Assembly (NCBI GenBank): GCA_963804645.1
Contig: CAWDRG010000015.1
Span: 1-64,000 of the forward strand
From: an uncultured Bacillota bacterium
GTDB taxonomy: Bacteria > Sysuimicrobiota > Sysuimicrobiia > Sysuimicrobiales > Segetimicrobiaceae
Length of the DNA stretch: 64,000 nucleotides
Direction of reading: 5' to 3'
The notes beneath the pieces are model-generated. The model was not told where the DNA came from. It did not search any database and saw nothing but the letters and a program-made list of their open reading frames with translations. Positions 37,811-47,436 of this stretch are shown piece by piece. The position numbers and the translations under genes were made by a program. Every line of letters begins with the position of its first letter. Within the stretch, counting starts at the first letter, position 1.

Positions 37811-38746
37811 ATGCGCGCGGCCCGCCTGCTCACCCTGATTCTCACGGTCCTCATGACCGCGACGATCGCGTTCGTCCTGCTGCGCGTCGTCCCCGGAGAT
37901 CCGGCCGCGCTGATGCTCGGGCTGGACGCCCCGCCCGCAGAGCTGGCCGTTCTGCGTCATCAGTTGGGAGAGGATCAGCCGATCTGGGCGCAGTATGCGG
38001 CGTGGCTCGGGGGGCTCGCGACCGGACACCTCGGCACGTCGTTTCAGTACCACGCGCCGGTCGCGGCCCTGATCGCGGAGCGGCTGCCGGTCACCCTGTC
38101 GCTTGCGGCTGCCGCGACGGTCGTGACCGTGGTCGTGGCGCTCCCGCTCGGCCTGCTCGCGGCGGTGCGGGCCTGGTCACCGCTCGATCTCGGGGTCCTC
38201 GCCGCGACCCAACTCGGGCTCGCGGTGCCCAACTTCTGGCTCGGCATCCTGCTGCTGCTCGCGTTCAGCGTCTCGCTGCGGTGGTTTCCCCTGCAGGGAT
38301 ACGCTCCGCTCCACGCCGGGGTGGCCGCCTGGGCGGGGCACCTCGTCCTGCCGGCCGTGACCCTCGGGGCCGCACGCGCGGCACAGTTGATGCGCTTCGT
38401 GCGCGGGGCGGCCCTCGAGGAGCTCGGACGGGAGTACGTCCGGACCGCTCGGGGCAAGGGACTCGGCGGGCGGGCCGTGCTGCTCGGGCACGTGCTCCGC
38501 AACGCGCTGATTCCGGTGGTGACGGTCGCCGGGCTGCAGATCGGGTTTCTCCTCGGCGGGGCGATCATCGTCGAGCAGGTCTTCGGGCTCCCCGGGATCG
38601 GCCGCCTCGTGCTGCAGGGCATCTTCGCGCGCGACCTGCCCGTCGTCCAGGGCGCGGTCGTGGTACTGGCGGCGTTCGTCTGCGTGCTGAACGCGGTCGT
38701 CGACCTACTGTACGGCGTCCTGGATCCTCGGGTGAGCGTCGAATGA
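37811..38746 (+). CDS. Peptide ABC permease (DppB-like)
   Basis: VPGDPA, PNFWLG, TARGKG, HVLRNAL, LDPR. Confidence 0.92.
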   Translation: MRAARLLTLILTVLMTATIAFVLLRVVPGDPAALMLGLDAPPAELAVLRHQLGEDQPIWAQYAAWLGGLATGHLGTSFQYHAPVAALIAERLPVTLSLAAAATVVTVVVALPLGLLAAVRAWSPLDLGVLAATQLGLAVPNFWLGILLLLAFSVSLRWFPLQGYAPLHAGVAAWAGHLVLPAVTLGAARAAQLMRFVRGAALEELGREYVRTARGKGLGGRAVLLGHVLRNALIPVVTVAGLQIGFLLGGAIIVEQVFGLPGIGRLVLQGIFARDLPVVQGAVVVLAAFVCVLNAVVDLLYGVLDPRVSVE

Positions 38747-39582
38747 CCCGTCGCCGGAACCGGGCGCTATGGGCGGGGCTGGTGCTGCTCGGCGTGGTGC
38801 TCGTCGGCGTGGGGTATCAGGTGCTGTGGGGCGGGGGCGCCGACGTACGCATCGCGGTCCAGCAGCGCCTCGAACCGCCGAGCGCGACGCACGCGTTCGG
38901 CACCGACGACCTCGGCCGCGACGTGCTGGCGCGGGTGCTGGGCGGCGGCGCGATCGCGTTCCAGGTCGGGCTCGTCGCGGTCGGGATCGGCCTCGTCGGG
39001 GGGACCTTCCTGGCGATGGTCGCCGTGCGGTGGCGGCGGTGGCCGGCGCGAATCCTCGGCGCCGTGATGGACGGCCTGATGGCGTTTCCCGCGATCCTGC
39101 TCGCGCTCGCGATCATCGCCGCGCTCGGCACCGGGTACGTGCAGGCGATGATCGCCATCGGCATCGGGCTGGTGCCGGTGTTCTGGCGGCAGACGCGGGC
39201 GCAGGCGCTCGCGGTCGAGGGCCTCGAGTTCGTGCTGGCCGCGCGCGCGCTCGGCGCGACCGAGGCGCGCGTCCTGTGGCGGCACGTGCTGCCGCAGATC
39301 GCGCCGCTGCTCGTCATTCAGGCGACCACCACGTTCAGCGGCGCCGTGCTCGCCGAAGCGTCGCTCAGCTTTCTCGGCGTGGGCACGCAGCCCCCGCTGC
39401 CGTCGTGGGGGCGGATGCTGCTCGACGCGACGCGCGCGCTCGGGGTGGCGCCGTGGATGGCGATCTTCCCTGGTGTGGCGCTGGCGGTGACCGTGCTGGG
39501 GGTCAACCTCTTCGGCGACGGGCTCCGCGACGCGCTCGATCCCCAACTCCGCCGCCTCACCGGGCGCGAGCCGGTCGTCTGA
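38743..39582 (+). CDS. Peptide ABC permease (DppC-like)
   Basis: FGTDDLGRD, AARALGA, RHVLP, PSWG, GDGLRDALDP; ATGA overlap. Confidence 0.92.
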   Translation: MTRRRNRALWAGLVLLGVVLVGVGYQVLWGGGADVRIAVQQRLEPPSATHAFGTDDLGRDVLARVLGGGAIAFQVGLVAVGIGLVGGTFLAMVAVRWRRWPARILGAVMDGLMAFPAILLALAIIAALGTGYVQAMIAIGIGLVPVFWRQTRAQALAVEGLEFVLAARALGATEARVLWRHVLPQIAPLLVIQATTTFSGAVLAEASLSFLGVGTQPPLPSWGRMLLDATRALGVAPWMAIFPGVALAVTVLGVNLFGDGLRDALDPQLRRLTGREPVV

Positions 39583-40044
39583 TCCTCGGATCGAGACCCG
39601 GCACGGCGGCGGCGGGGGCGTGGGGGCGTCGTGCGGAGCCTCCCACGCGTGATTCGGGGCGCGGAAACGTTCGCGCTGGCTGGGCGCGCTCGCGCGGCAC
39701 CTCGATCACCTCGGGGATTGCGCCGAGCGATCCTTCGGTGTCCAGGCATGCGTGGCCGCGGTCGCCCCACCGGCCGCATCCGTTGCCGCTCTGGAGCCGG
39801 GCGGGACCAATCGCCGTGGAACCCGATCGCGATCGTCTCGGCCGCTCCAAGCCCGGAGACGGCGCGCGAGCGCGCAGATGCGCGGGGAGGAGGGCCGCGC
39901 TCAGGATCGAACACACCGCCGCAGACGGCTCCACACCGCTTCGGCTGCGCACACGGCACGCTCGACGCTCGCCACGTCGTGTCAGGGGGGGTGCGGCGTA
40001 CGGATCTGTCCTACACCACACACTTCCGCATCTGAGGAGGCGTC

Positions 40045-40374
40045 ATGTCCACGATCACCTTTGTGTTCATCGCCGGCCTCGTGAAGGCGCTTGTCGATGT
40101 GCTCAAGCGCGTGATTCCGCCGCTGAACAACGACGAGACGGTGTTCGGCGTGGACCACTTCTGGGCAAAGCTCATCGCGGTCGTGCTCTCAGGTGTCTTT
40201 GTCACCGCGTATAACTTCAACCTGCCGGCGACCATTCAGGCGCAGTCGACGTGGCCCGGGCTCGATCGCGCCTTGACGATCGTAGCCGTCGCGTTGTCGG
40301 CGATGGGCATCAACGACATCGGCAACTTCTTCGGACAAGCGGGGTCGGGCCCCGCAGGTGGTGGCGGCGGCTAG
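40045..40374 (+). CDS. Small membrane protein with about three hydrophobic segments (holin-like topology)
   Basis: GAGGAGG RBS; hydrophobic segments; C-terminal AMGIND. Confidence 0.65.
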   Translation: MSTITFVFIAGLVKALVDVLKRVIPPLNNDETVFGVDHFWAKLIAVVLSGVFVTAYNFNLPATIQAQSTWPGLDRALTIVAVALSAMGINDIGNFFGQAGSGPAGGGGG

Positions 40375-40506
40375 ACCGGCATCCGATCCACCGGCGCCGT
40401 CGAGCACCCGAACATCGGGCGTGACCCGCGGCACGAGAGTCGTTGATCGCCTCGTGCCCGGGACCGCCGCGTCCCTGCCGCGCTCGCCCGCCCGCGCGCC
40501 GCCGCG

Positions 40507-41388
40507 CTACCCGTGCTGTTCGGGCTCCCGCGGCGCCGCTGGCTGCGGCCCGCCGCGCACGTCCAGGAACGGCTGGAGCAGCCGCGTGAACTCCATCGGG
40601 AACACGATCTTGGTCGCGGGGCTCTGGCCGAGCGACTTGAGCGTGTCGAGGTACTGCAGGCTCATCGTATTGAGGTCGACGTTCTTGGCGACGGAGAAGA
40701 TCCGATCGAGGGCGAGGGAGAAGCCTTCGGCACGGAGGATCGCCGCCTGGCGGTCGCCTTCGGCACTGAGGATCTTCGACTGCTTCTCGCCCTCGGCGAT
40801 CGTGATCGCCGCCTGCTTCTTGCCGTCCGCTTCGGTGACCAGCGCGCGCCGGGTCCGTTCGGCGGACATCTGGCGGTTCATTGCGTCCTGGACTTCCTTC
40901 GGCGGGGTGATCTCGCGGATCTCGACGGTCGTCACCTTCACGCCCCACCGCTCCGTGACGTCGTCGAGCTTCGCCTGCATCACCTGGTTGATCTGCTCGC
41001 GCTTGGCGAGCACGTCGTCGAGGCTGATGTCGCCGATGACGGCGCGGAGGGTGGTCATCGCGATGCCCTGCGCGGCGCCTTGGAAGTTGCCGACCTGGAT
41101 CACGCTGAGGGCGGGATCGATGACCTTGTAGTAGATGAAGAAGTCGATCGAGATTGGCGCGTTGTCCTTGGTGATGCAGGTCTGGGCGGGAATCTCGAGA
41201 TAGAGTTCCCGGAGGTCCGCCAGGACGGCGCGGTCGACCATGGGGATCAGGTAGACGATGCCCGGGCCCTTGGCGCCCATGCTGCGGCCGAGGCGGAACA
41301 CGACGAGGCGCTGGTACTCGCGGACGATCTTCACGCCGCTCCAATACAGCAGGACGACGATGATGATGATCCCGATCAGGACGCCCAT
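40507..41388 (-). CDS. SPFH/stomatin domain protein
   Basis: VVFRLGR, ITKDN, TTLRAVIG, WGVKVTTVEI, QMSAER. Confidence 0.93.
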   Translation of the reverse strand: MGVLIGIIIIVVLLYWSGVKIVREYQRLVVFRLGRSMGAKGPGIVYLIPMVDRAVLADLRELYLEIPAQTCITKDNAPISIDFFIYYKVIDPALSVIQVGNFQGAAQGIAMTTLRAVIGDISLDDVLAKREQINQVMQAKLDDVTERWGVKVTTVEIREITPPKEVQDAMNRQMSAERTRRALVTEADGKKQAAITIAEGEKQSKILSAEGDRQAAILRAEGFSLALDRIFSVAKNVDLNTMSLQYLDTLKSLGQSPATKIVFPMEFTRLLQPFLDVRGGPQPAAPREPEQHG

Positions 41389-41545
41389 GGAAATTCCCCC
41401 TTTTGACGGTCCCTTATCCGTTCGCGCTGTCTGAAGCGGCTCCCTCTGGGCGCGGCGGGAGTGCCACGGACGCGCGGCGAACCACTCAGGCGCGGTCCCG
41501 CCGGATCCCCGGCGCCCCGCAACGACGCGTGCGAGGTGAGCGATC

Positions 41546-42736
41546 GTGTTGACGATCAGTGCGGGCGAGACGCGGCGGCGCCAAGCGCGGGTTCGCGAGG
41601 CCCTCGGCCGCCGCGACCTCGGCGGGCTGTGCTTGTTCAGTCCGACCCAGGTGTTTTACCTGACCGGCTTCGCCTTCATCCAGACCGAGCGCCCGATCGG
41701 GCTGGCGTTTCCCCGCGATGGGCGCAGCGTGCTGTACGTCCCCAAACTGGAGGACGAGCACTCGCGCCTGCACGCGCTCGTCGATGAGGTCGAGGCGTAC
41801 CCGGAGTATCCGGGGCGCACCCACCCGATGCAGCGGTTTGCCGCGATCTGCCGCGACCTCGGGCTCGGCACCGGCAAGGTGGGCTGCGACAGCGACGGGT
41901 ACGGCGGCGGCTACGGATACCGGGGTCCGAAGCTGAGCGAGCTGCTGCCGGACGCCGCGGTCGTACCGTCGCGCGATCTGATCGAGGAGATGATCGCCGT
42001 CAAGTCATCCGAGGAGATCGCGCTGATCCGCGAGAGCGCGAAGTGGGGCAACGAGGCGCACCGGCTGCTGCAGGCGTACACCCGTCCCGGACTGACCGAG
42101 ACCGAGGTAAGCGGCCGCGCGTCGCTCGACGCCACCCAGACCATGATCCGCACGCTCGGGCCGGAGTACCGGCCGCTCTCGTGGCTGCGTGCCGGCGCGC
42201 ACGCGGGGTACCGGGGGCAGATCGGGAAGGACTCCGCGCTGCCCCACTCGATGACGACCAACGCGGTGTTTCGGCCGGGCGATGTGCTCGTCACGGGCGC
42301 CGGCGCGGCGGTCGGCGGCTACGGCAGTGAACTCGAGCGGACGATGGTGATCGGCACGCCGGACGACCGCCAGCGGCGCATGTTCGATCTGATGGTCGGC
42401 GCGCTCGAGACCGCGTTCGACGCGATCCGGCCGGGCGCGCCGTGCTCCGCCGTCGACCGGGCGGTGACCGCGTACTACGAGGCGCACGATCTCATGCCCT
42501 ACTGGCGGCACCACACGGGGCACGCGCTCGGCATGGGAATCCACGAGGCGCCGTTCTTCGACCTCGGCGACGACACGCCGATGCAGCCCGGCATGGTGTT
42601 CAGCGTGGAGCCGGGCCTGTACGTCCCCGGGTTCGCGGGATTCCGCCACTCGGACACCGTGGTGGTCACGGAGCGCGGGATGGACATGATCACGTTTTAT
42701 CCGCGGGGACTCGATGAGCTGACGATCCCGGCGTAA
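41546..42736 (+). CDS. M24 (Xaa-Pro peptidase/creatinase fold) protein
   Basis: Creatinase-like N-domain; VKSSEEI, HHTGHALG..IHEAP, SVEPG. Confidence 0.88.
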   Translation: MLTISAGETRRRQARVREALGRRDLGGLCLFSPTQVFYLTGFAFIQTERPIGLAFPRDGRSVLYVPKLEDEHSRLHALVDEVEAYPEYPGRTHPMQRFAAICRDLGLGTGKVGCDSDGYGGGYGYRGPKLSELLPDAAVVPSRDLIEEMIAVKSSEEIALIRESAKWGNEAHRLLQAYTRPGLTETEVSGRASLDATQTMIRTLGPEYRPLSWLRAGAHAGYRGQIGKDSALPHSMTTNAVFRPGDVLVTGAGAAVGGYGSELERTMVIGTPDDRQRRMFDLMVGALETAFDAIRPGAPCSAVDRAVTAYYEAHDLMPYWRHHTGHALGMGIHEAPFFDLGDDTPMQPGMVFSVEPGLYVPGFAGFRHSDTVVVTERGMDMITFYPRGLDELTIPA

Positions 42737-42775
42737 CTACGCCGGGGGACTAACGACACGTGAGAGGTGAGACTC

Positions 42776-43312
42776 ATGCGAACGATCCTTCTGCTTCTGA
42801 TCGGTGCCATGGTGGTGCTGACCGTTCCGGCGTCGAGCGTCGCGGCCGGGGAGACCGTCGGCATGGCAACGGCGAAGGTCGACGGCGTGTCGAAAGAAAT
42901 CCTCACGAACGCGAAGGGGATGACCCTCTACTACTTTACCGGTGATACGGCGACCACGAGCGGGTGCACCGGCGGGTGCGGCTCGGTCTGGCCTGCGCTG
43001 CTCAGCGACTCCGCGCCGACCGCCGCGCCGATGCTGACGGGCAAGCTGTCGCTCGTCAAGACCGCCAACGGCTCGCAGGTGGCGTACAACGGCCACCTGC
43101 TCTACACGTACTCCCGCGATCAGGCGCCGGGCGACACGAACGGCAACGGCATCGCCGGCAAGTGGTTCGCCGCGACGGTGGATCTCAAGGCCGCCGTCGT
43201 CCCCGCCCCGACGTGGTGTTGCAGCGCCGGGTACGGGAGCAGCAGCGCCTATGGGAATGGTGGCGGCAACGGCGGCGGCGGGATGAGCGACGGGGGCAAG
43301 GGCGGCTACTGA
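42776..43312 (+). CDS. Secreted Yx(F/W/Y)xxD repeat protein (COG4315-like)
   Basis: Signal peptide; GMTLYYFTGD, CTGGCGSVWP, QVAYNGHLLYTY..D; Gly-rich tail. Confidence 0.85.
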   Translation: MRTILLLLIGAMVVLTVPASSVAAGETVGMATAKVDGVSKEILTNAKGMTLYYFTGDTATTSGCTGGCGSVWPALLSDSAPTAAPMLTGKLSLVKTANGSQVAYNGHLLYTYSRDQAPGDTNGNGIAGKWFAATVDLKAAVVPAPTWCCSAGYGSSSAYGNGGGNGGGGMSDGGKGGY

Positions 43313-43344
43313 TCGAGCGCGGCCCGGTGCCCCGCTCCGCGTGA

Positions 43345-44703
43345 TCAGGCCGGGTCGGACGCCTCAAGGTCGATGCGCCGCTGGACGAAGTTGATGTACA
43401 CTTCGCCGCGCCGGAAGAACGCGTTGTCGAGCACTTGGAGATGGAACGGGATCGTCGTCTTGATGCCGCCGATCTCGAACTCGCCCAGGGCCCGCTGCAT
43501 CCGCGCAATCGACTCGTCGCGGTCGCGCCCCCAGGCGATGACCTTCGCGACGAGGGAATCGTACTGCGGAGGAATCGTGTAGCCCGCGTACGCGTGGGTG
43601 TCCACGCGGATGCCGGGACCGCCGGGCGGCACGAACGCGGTGATCGGCCCCGGCGAGGGCAGAAAATCTCGGGCCGGATCCTCGGCGTTGACGCGGCACT
43701 CGATCGCGTGGCCGTGGGTGGCGACGTCGCGGGGCAGCGAGAGGCGCTCGCCGGCGGCGATCCGGATCTGCTCTTTGATCAGGTCGATGTCGGTGACCAT
43801 CTCGGTGACCGGGTGCTCGACCTGGATCCGGGTGTTCATCTCCATAAAGTAGAGGCGCCGGCCGGCCTCGACCAGAAACTCGACGGTCCCCACGCTGGTG
43901 TACCCGACGACCTCGGCCGCGCGGACCGCCGCCCGCAGCAGCGCGCGCCGCATCCGGGGGCTCAGCCCCACCGCGGGCGATTCCTCCAGCAGCTTCTGAT
44001 GCCGGCGCTGGATGGAGCAGTCCCGCTCGCCCACCGCCACAATGGCTCCCCGGCCGTCGGCGACGAGCTGTACTTCGATGTGCCGGGGTTCCTCCAGGTA
44101 CCGTTCGACGTAGATCTCGGAGTTGCCGAACGCGGCCTCCGCCTCCCGCTGGGCGGTGGCGAGCGCCCGGCGCAGGTCGCCTGCCGACTGGACGACGCGC
44201 ATCCCTCGGCCGCCGCCGCCGGCGGCGGCCTTGATGATCAGCGGATACCCGGTCTCCCGTGCGGCCGCGAGCGCCGCCGCCTCGTCGCGCACGGGGGCCA
44301 TGCTCCCGGGCACGACCGGCAGGCCGGCCTTGCGCATCATGCGCCGCGCCTCGGCCTTGTCGCCCATCTTCGCGATGGCTTCGGGGGACGGGCCGATGAA
44401 CGTGATGTGGCAGTCCCGGCAGATCTCGGCGAAGTGCGGGTTCTCCGCGAGGAATCCGTAGCCCGGATGGATCGCGTCGACGCCGAGCAACTCGGCGGTG
44501 GCCATGATGTTGGGGATGTTGAGGTAGCTGTCCCGCGCGGGCGCGGGCCCGATGCAGAACGCCTCGTCGGCCATCCGGACGTGCAGCGCGTCGCGGTCGG
44601 CGTCGGAATACACCGCCGCGGTGGGGATGCCGAGCTCGCGGCACGCGCGGATGACGCGTACCGCGATCTCGCCCCGATTGGCGATCAGTACTTTCTTGAA
44701 CAT
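43345..44703 (-). CDS. accC: Acetyl-CoA carboxylase biotin carboxylase
   Basis: KKVLIANRGEIA, HPGYGFLAEN, GGGGRG, EMNTRIQVEH, YDS. Confidence 0.96.
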   Translation of the reverse strand: MFKKVLIANRGEIAVRVIRACRELGIPTAAVYSDADRDALHVRMADEAFCIGPAPARDSYLNIPNIMATAELLGVDAIHPGYGFLAENPHFAEICRDCHITFIGPSPEAIAKMGDKAEARRMMRKAGLPVVPGSMAPVRDEAAALAAARETGYPLIIKAAAGGGGRGMRVVQSAGDLRRALATAQREAEAAFGNSEIYVERYLEEPRHIEVQLVADGRGAIVAVGERDCSIQRRHQKLLEESPAVGLSPRMRRALLRAAVRAAEVVGYTSVGTVEFLVEAGRRLYFMEMNTRIQVEHPVTEMVTDIDLIKEQIRIAAGERLSLPRDVATHGHAIECRVNAEDPARDFLPSPGPITAFVPPGGPGIRVDTHAYAGYTIPPQYDSLVAKVIAWGRDRDESIARMQRALGEFEIGGIKTTIPFHLQVLDNAFFRRGEVYINFVQRRIDLEASDPA

Positions 44704-44707
44704 CGGA

Positions 44708-45169
44708 TTACGCGGACGAGGGATCGATCAGGAACAGCGGCTGCCCGTACTCGACCGCCGCGCCATTGTCCGCGAGCACGCTCACGACACGGCCGGCGAC
44801 ATCGCTCTGAATCTCGTTGAACAGCTTCATCGCCTCGAGGATGCAGACCGTCTGCCCGACCTCGACCGCGTCCCCCTCCTGGACGAACGGCGGCGCATCG
44901 GGGCTGGCGGCGCGGTAGAACGTCCCGACCATCGGCGCCACGATCGGCGCATAGCGCCCCTCGGGTCCCGGCCGTACGTCCGCGCGCGGGTCCGTGCGCT
45001 CGGGCGCCGCGCTGTCGGGCGCGTCGGGCGCGGCCGCCCGCGTCCGGGGCTTCTTGATCTTGACCTTGATGTGCGGCGCCTCGACCTCGAGCTCCGCGAT
45101 CTCGGATGCGACCGCGAGGTCGATCAGCGCCTGGATCTCCTCCAGATCGAGCCGTCGATCGTCGCTCAT
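44708..45169 (-). CDS. accB: Biotin carboxyl carrier protein
   Basis: APMVGTFY; EAMK biotinylation motif. Confidence 0.96.
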   Translation of the reverse strand: MSDDRRLDLEEIQALIDLAVASEIAELEVEAPHIKVKIKKPRTRAAAPDAPDSAAPERTDPRADVRPGPEGRYAPIVAPMVGTFYRAASPDAPPFVQEGDAVEVGQTVCILEAMKLFNEIQSDVAGRVVSVLADNGAAVEYGQPLFLIDPSSA

Positions 45170-46185
45170 GTCGCCTGCGCCTCCGAGTCGCCGCCCGCCG
45201 CCACGTCGCGGATCCGGCCGATGCGACGGTACTTCTCATACCGGCCCGCCACGAGCGATTCCTCCGAGCGCCCCTCGCAGGCGGCCAGGCGCCGGCGGAC
45301 CGCGGCGGCCACCGCGGCGACCGCGTCGTCGCGGTGGCGGTGGGCGCCCCCCGGCGGCTCGGGGATGATCTCGTCGGCGATGCCGAGCTCGACGAGATCG
45401 GGCGCGGTGAGGTGCAGCGCCTCCGCGGCCTCCTTGGCGCGGGACGCGTCCCGCCACAGAATCGCCGCGCAGCCCTCGGGGGAGATGACCGAGTAGACCG
45501 CGTGCTCGAGCATCAGCAGCACGTCGCCCATGCCGACCGCGAGCGCGCCGCCGCTGCCGCCTTCGCCGGTGATCACGGTGATGATCGGGGTCCGCAGCCG
45601 GGCCATCTTGAGGAGGGCGCGGGCGATCGCCTCGCTCTGGCCGCGTTCCTCGGCTTCCTTCCCGGGGAACGCCCCGGGCGTATCGATCAGGGTGACGACG
45701 GGCGCGTGCAGCTTCTCCGCGAGCGCCATGACGCGCAGGGCCTTCCGGTAGCCCTCGGGATTGGGCATGCCGAACCGGCGCGCGATGTTCTCGCGGGTGT
45801 CGCGTCCCTTCGCATGGCCGATGAGCGCCGCGGGCCGGCCGTCGATCAGGCCGAGGCCGGCGATGATCGCCGGGTCGTCGCCGAACGCGCGGTCTCCGTG
45901 GAGCTCCGCGAACTCCGAGGTCAGGCCGGCGATGTAGTCGTCCACCTTCGGGCGCTCGGCATGGCGTGCGAGCTGCACCCGCTGCCAGGGCGACGGGTGG
46001 CGGGCGATCTCCTCGCGGAGGCCCTCGGCCCGCAGCTCGAGCGCCGAGATCTGCTCGGCGAGGTCCAGCCGCTGGGCGGTCGTGATCCGGCGCAGCTCGC
46101 CGATCTCGCGCTCCACGTCCGCGAGATCGCGCTCGGACGGATCGCTCGGGGCCGGCCCCGTCAGGTCAGGCGGTCGGCTGCTCAT
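45166..46185 (-). CDS. accA: ACC carboxyltransferase alpha
   Basis: [34 protein letters not shown]. Confidence 0.96.
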   Translation of the reverse strand: MSSRPPDLTGPAPSDPSERDLADVEREIGELRRITTAQRLDLAEQISALELRAEGLREEIARHPSPWQRVQLARHAERPKVDDYIAGLTSEFAELHGDRAFGDDPAIIAGLGLIDGRPAALIGHAKGRDTRENIARRFGMPNPEGYRKALRVMALAEKLHAPVVTLIDTPGAFPGKEAEERGQSEAIARALLKMARLRTPIITVITGEGGSGGALAVGMGDVLLMLEHAVYSVISPEGCAAILWRDASRAKEAAEALHLTAPDLVELGIADEIIPEPPGGAHRHRDDAVAAVAAAVRRRLAACEGRSEESLVAGRYEKYRRIGRIRDVAAGGDSEAQAT

Positions 46186-47086
46186 CGGCCTCCGTCCGTT
46201 CGTCCGTGGCCCAGCCCTGCGCGGGCAGGCCGGCGAGGAGGGGGTCGCACGGCGCGTTCGTCAGGCGCAGCAGGCGCGCGAGCGCGGCGCGCAGGTCGGC
46301 GCGGGGCACGATGCCGTCCACGAGCCCGTGCTCCAGCAGGAACTCCGCGGTCTGAAAGCCTTCGGGCAGCTTCTGCCGGATGGTTTGTTCGATCACGCGC
46401 GGTCCGGCGAATCCGATGAGGGCGCCGGGTTCTGCCAAGATCACGTCGCCCTGGAACGCGAAGCTCGCGGCGACGCCGCCCGTCGTCGGGTCGCACAGCA
46501 CGGAGATGAACGCGATGCCCGCGTCGGCGAGCCGGCCCAGCGCCACGCTGGTCTTCGCCATCTGCAGCAGGGACAGCGTGCCCTCCTGCATGCGTGCGCC
46601 GCCCGAGGCGACGAACAGCACGAACGGCAAGCGGTGCGCGTGGGCGCGCTCCGCGCTGCGGGCGATCTTCTCCCCGACGACGGAGCCGAGGCTGCCGCCC
46701 ATGAACCCGAACTCCATCGCCCCCACGACCGCCCGCGCGCCTTCGACCGTCCCGGTGCCGGTGATCACCGCTTCGGGCTGCCCGGTCCGGCGCTGCGCTT
46801 CCTCCACCCGCGCGGGGTACGGCTTCTCGTCGGTGAACCCCAGCGGGTCCTCCGGGACGAGCCCCTGGTCGGCTTCTTCGAACGAGCCGCGGTCGAGTAC
46901 CAGCGCCAGACGGTCCGCCGCCGACAGCCGGTGGTGGTAGCCGCAGCGCGGACAGACGCGCAGGTTGCGCTCGAGCTCCCGGCGGTAGACGAGGTTCGCG
47001 CAGCGCGGACACTTGGTCCACAGCCCGGCCGGCATGTCGCGGCGCTCGGAGGCGCCCCGTCGTGGTCGACCGAGCCAATCTAGCAT
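46166..47086 (-). CDS. accD: ACC carboxyltransferase beta
   Basis: WTKCPRC...CPRC zinc finger, [23 protein letters not shown]. Confidence 0.96.
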   Translation of the reverse strand: MLDWLGRPRRGASERRDMPAGLWTKCPRCANLVYRRELERNLRVCPRCGYHHRLSAADRLALVLDRGSFEEADQGLVPEDPLGFTDEKPYPARVEEAQRRTGQPEAVITGTGTVEGARAVVGAMEFGFMGGSLGSVVGEKIARSAERAHAHRLPFVLFVASGGARMQEGTLSLLQMAKTSVALGRLADAGIAFISVLCDPTTGGVAASFAFQGDVILAEPGALIGFAGPRVIEQTIRQKLPEGFQTAEFLLEHGLVDGIVPRADLRAALARLLRLTNAPCDPLLAGLPAQGWATDERTEADEQPTA

Positions 47087-47436
47087 GGGCTGAACCGCGG
47101 CAGGGGGCGAGGTGCCGGATAGGGATGTCTCAAAGTGTCCCGATTATACCGTACGCCCCCCGCCGCGGCAACGCGACAGCGAACAGGCAAGACCGATGAC
47201 ACCGATCCGGGGGGACATGGTATCGTCGGGGCCCCGCTCGCCCAAATGCTTCCCCGTGCCGCTGCCCGAGCGACGACCGGCCAAACGCGACGACGTCTCG
47301 ATCAGACCGGGTAGCGGGTTCGCTGCGGTGCGCTGCGTTGAGGACCCAGCTCTGCCTGCGCGGGCCGATGCCGACGACGAGGTTACATGTGGAGAAGCTG
47401 CCGCCTCGGGAGGACCCGGCGCTGTTGGGCGTGCTG

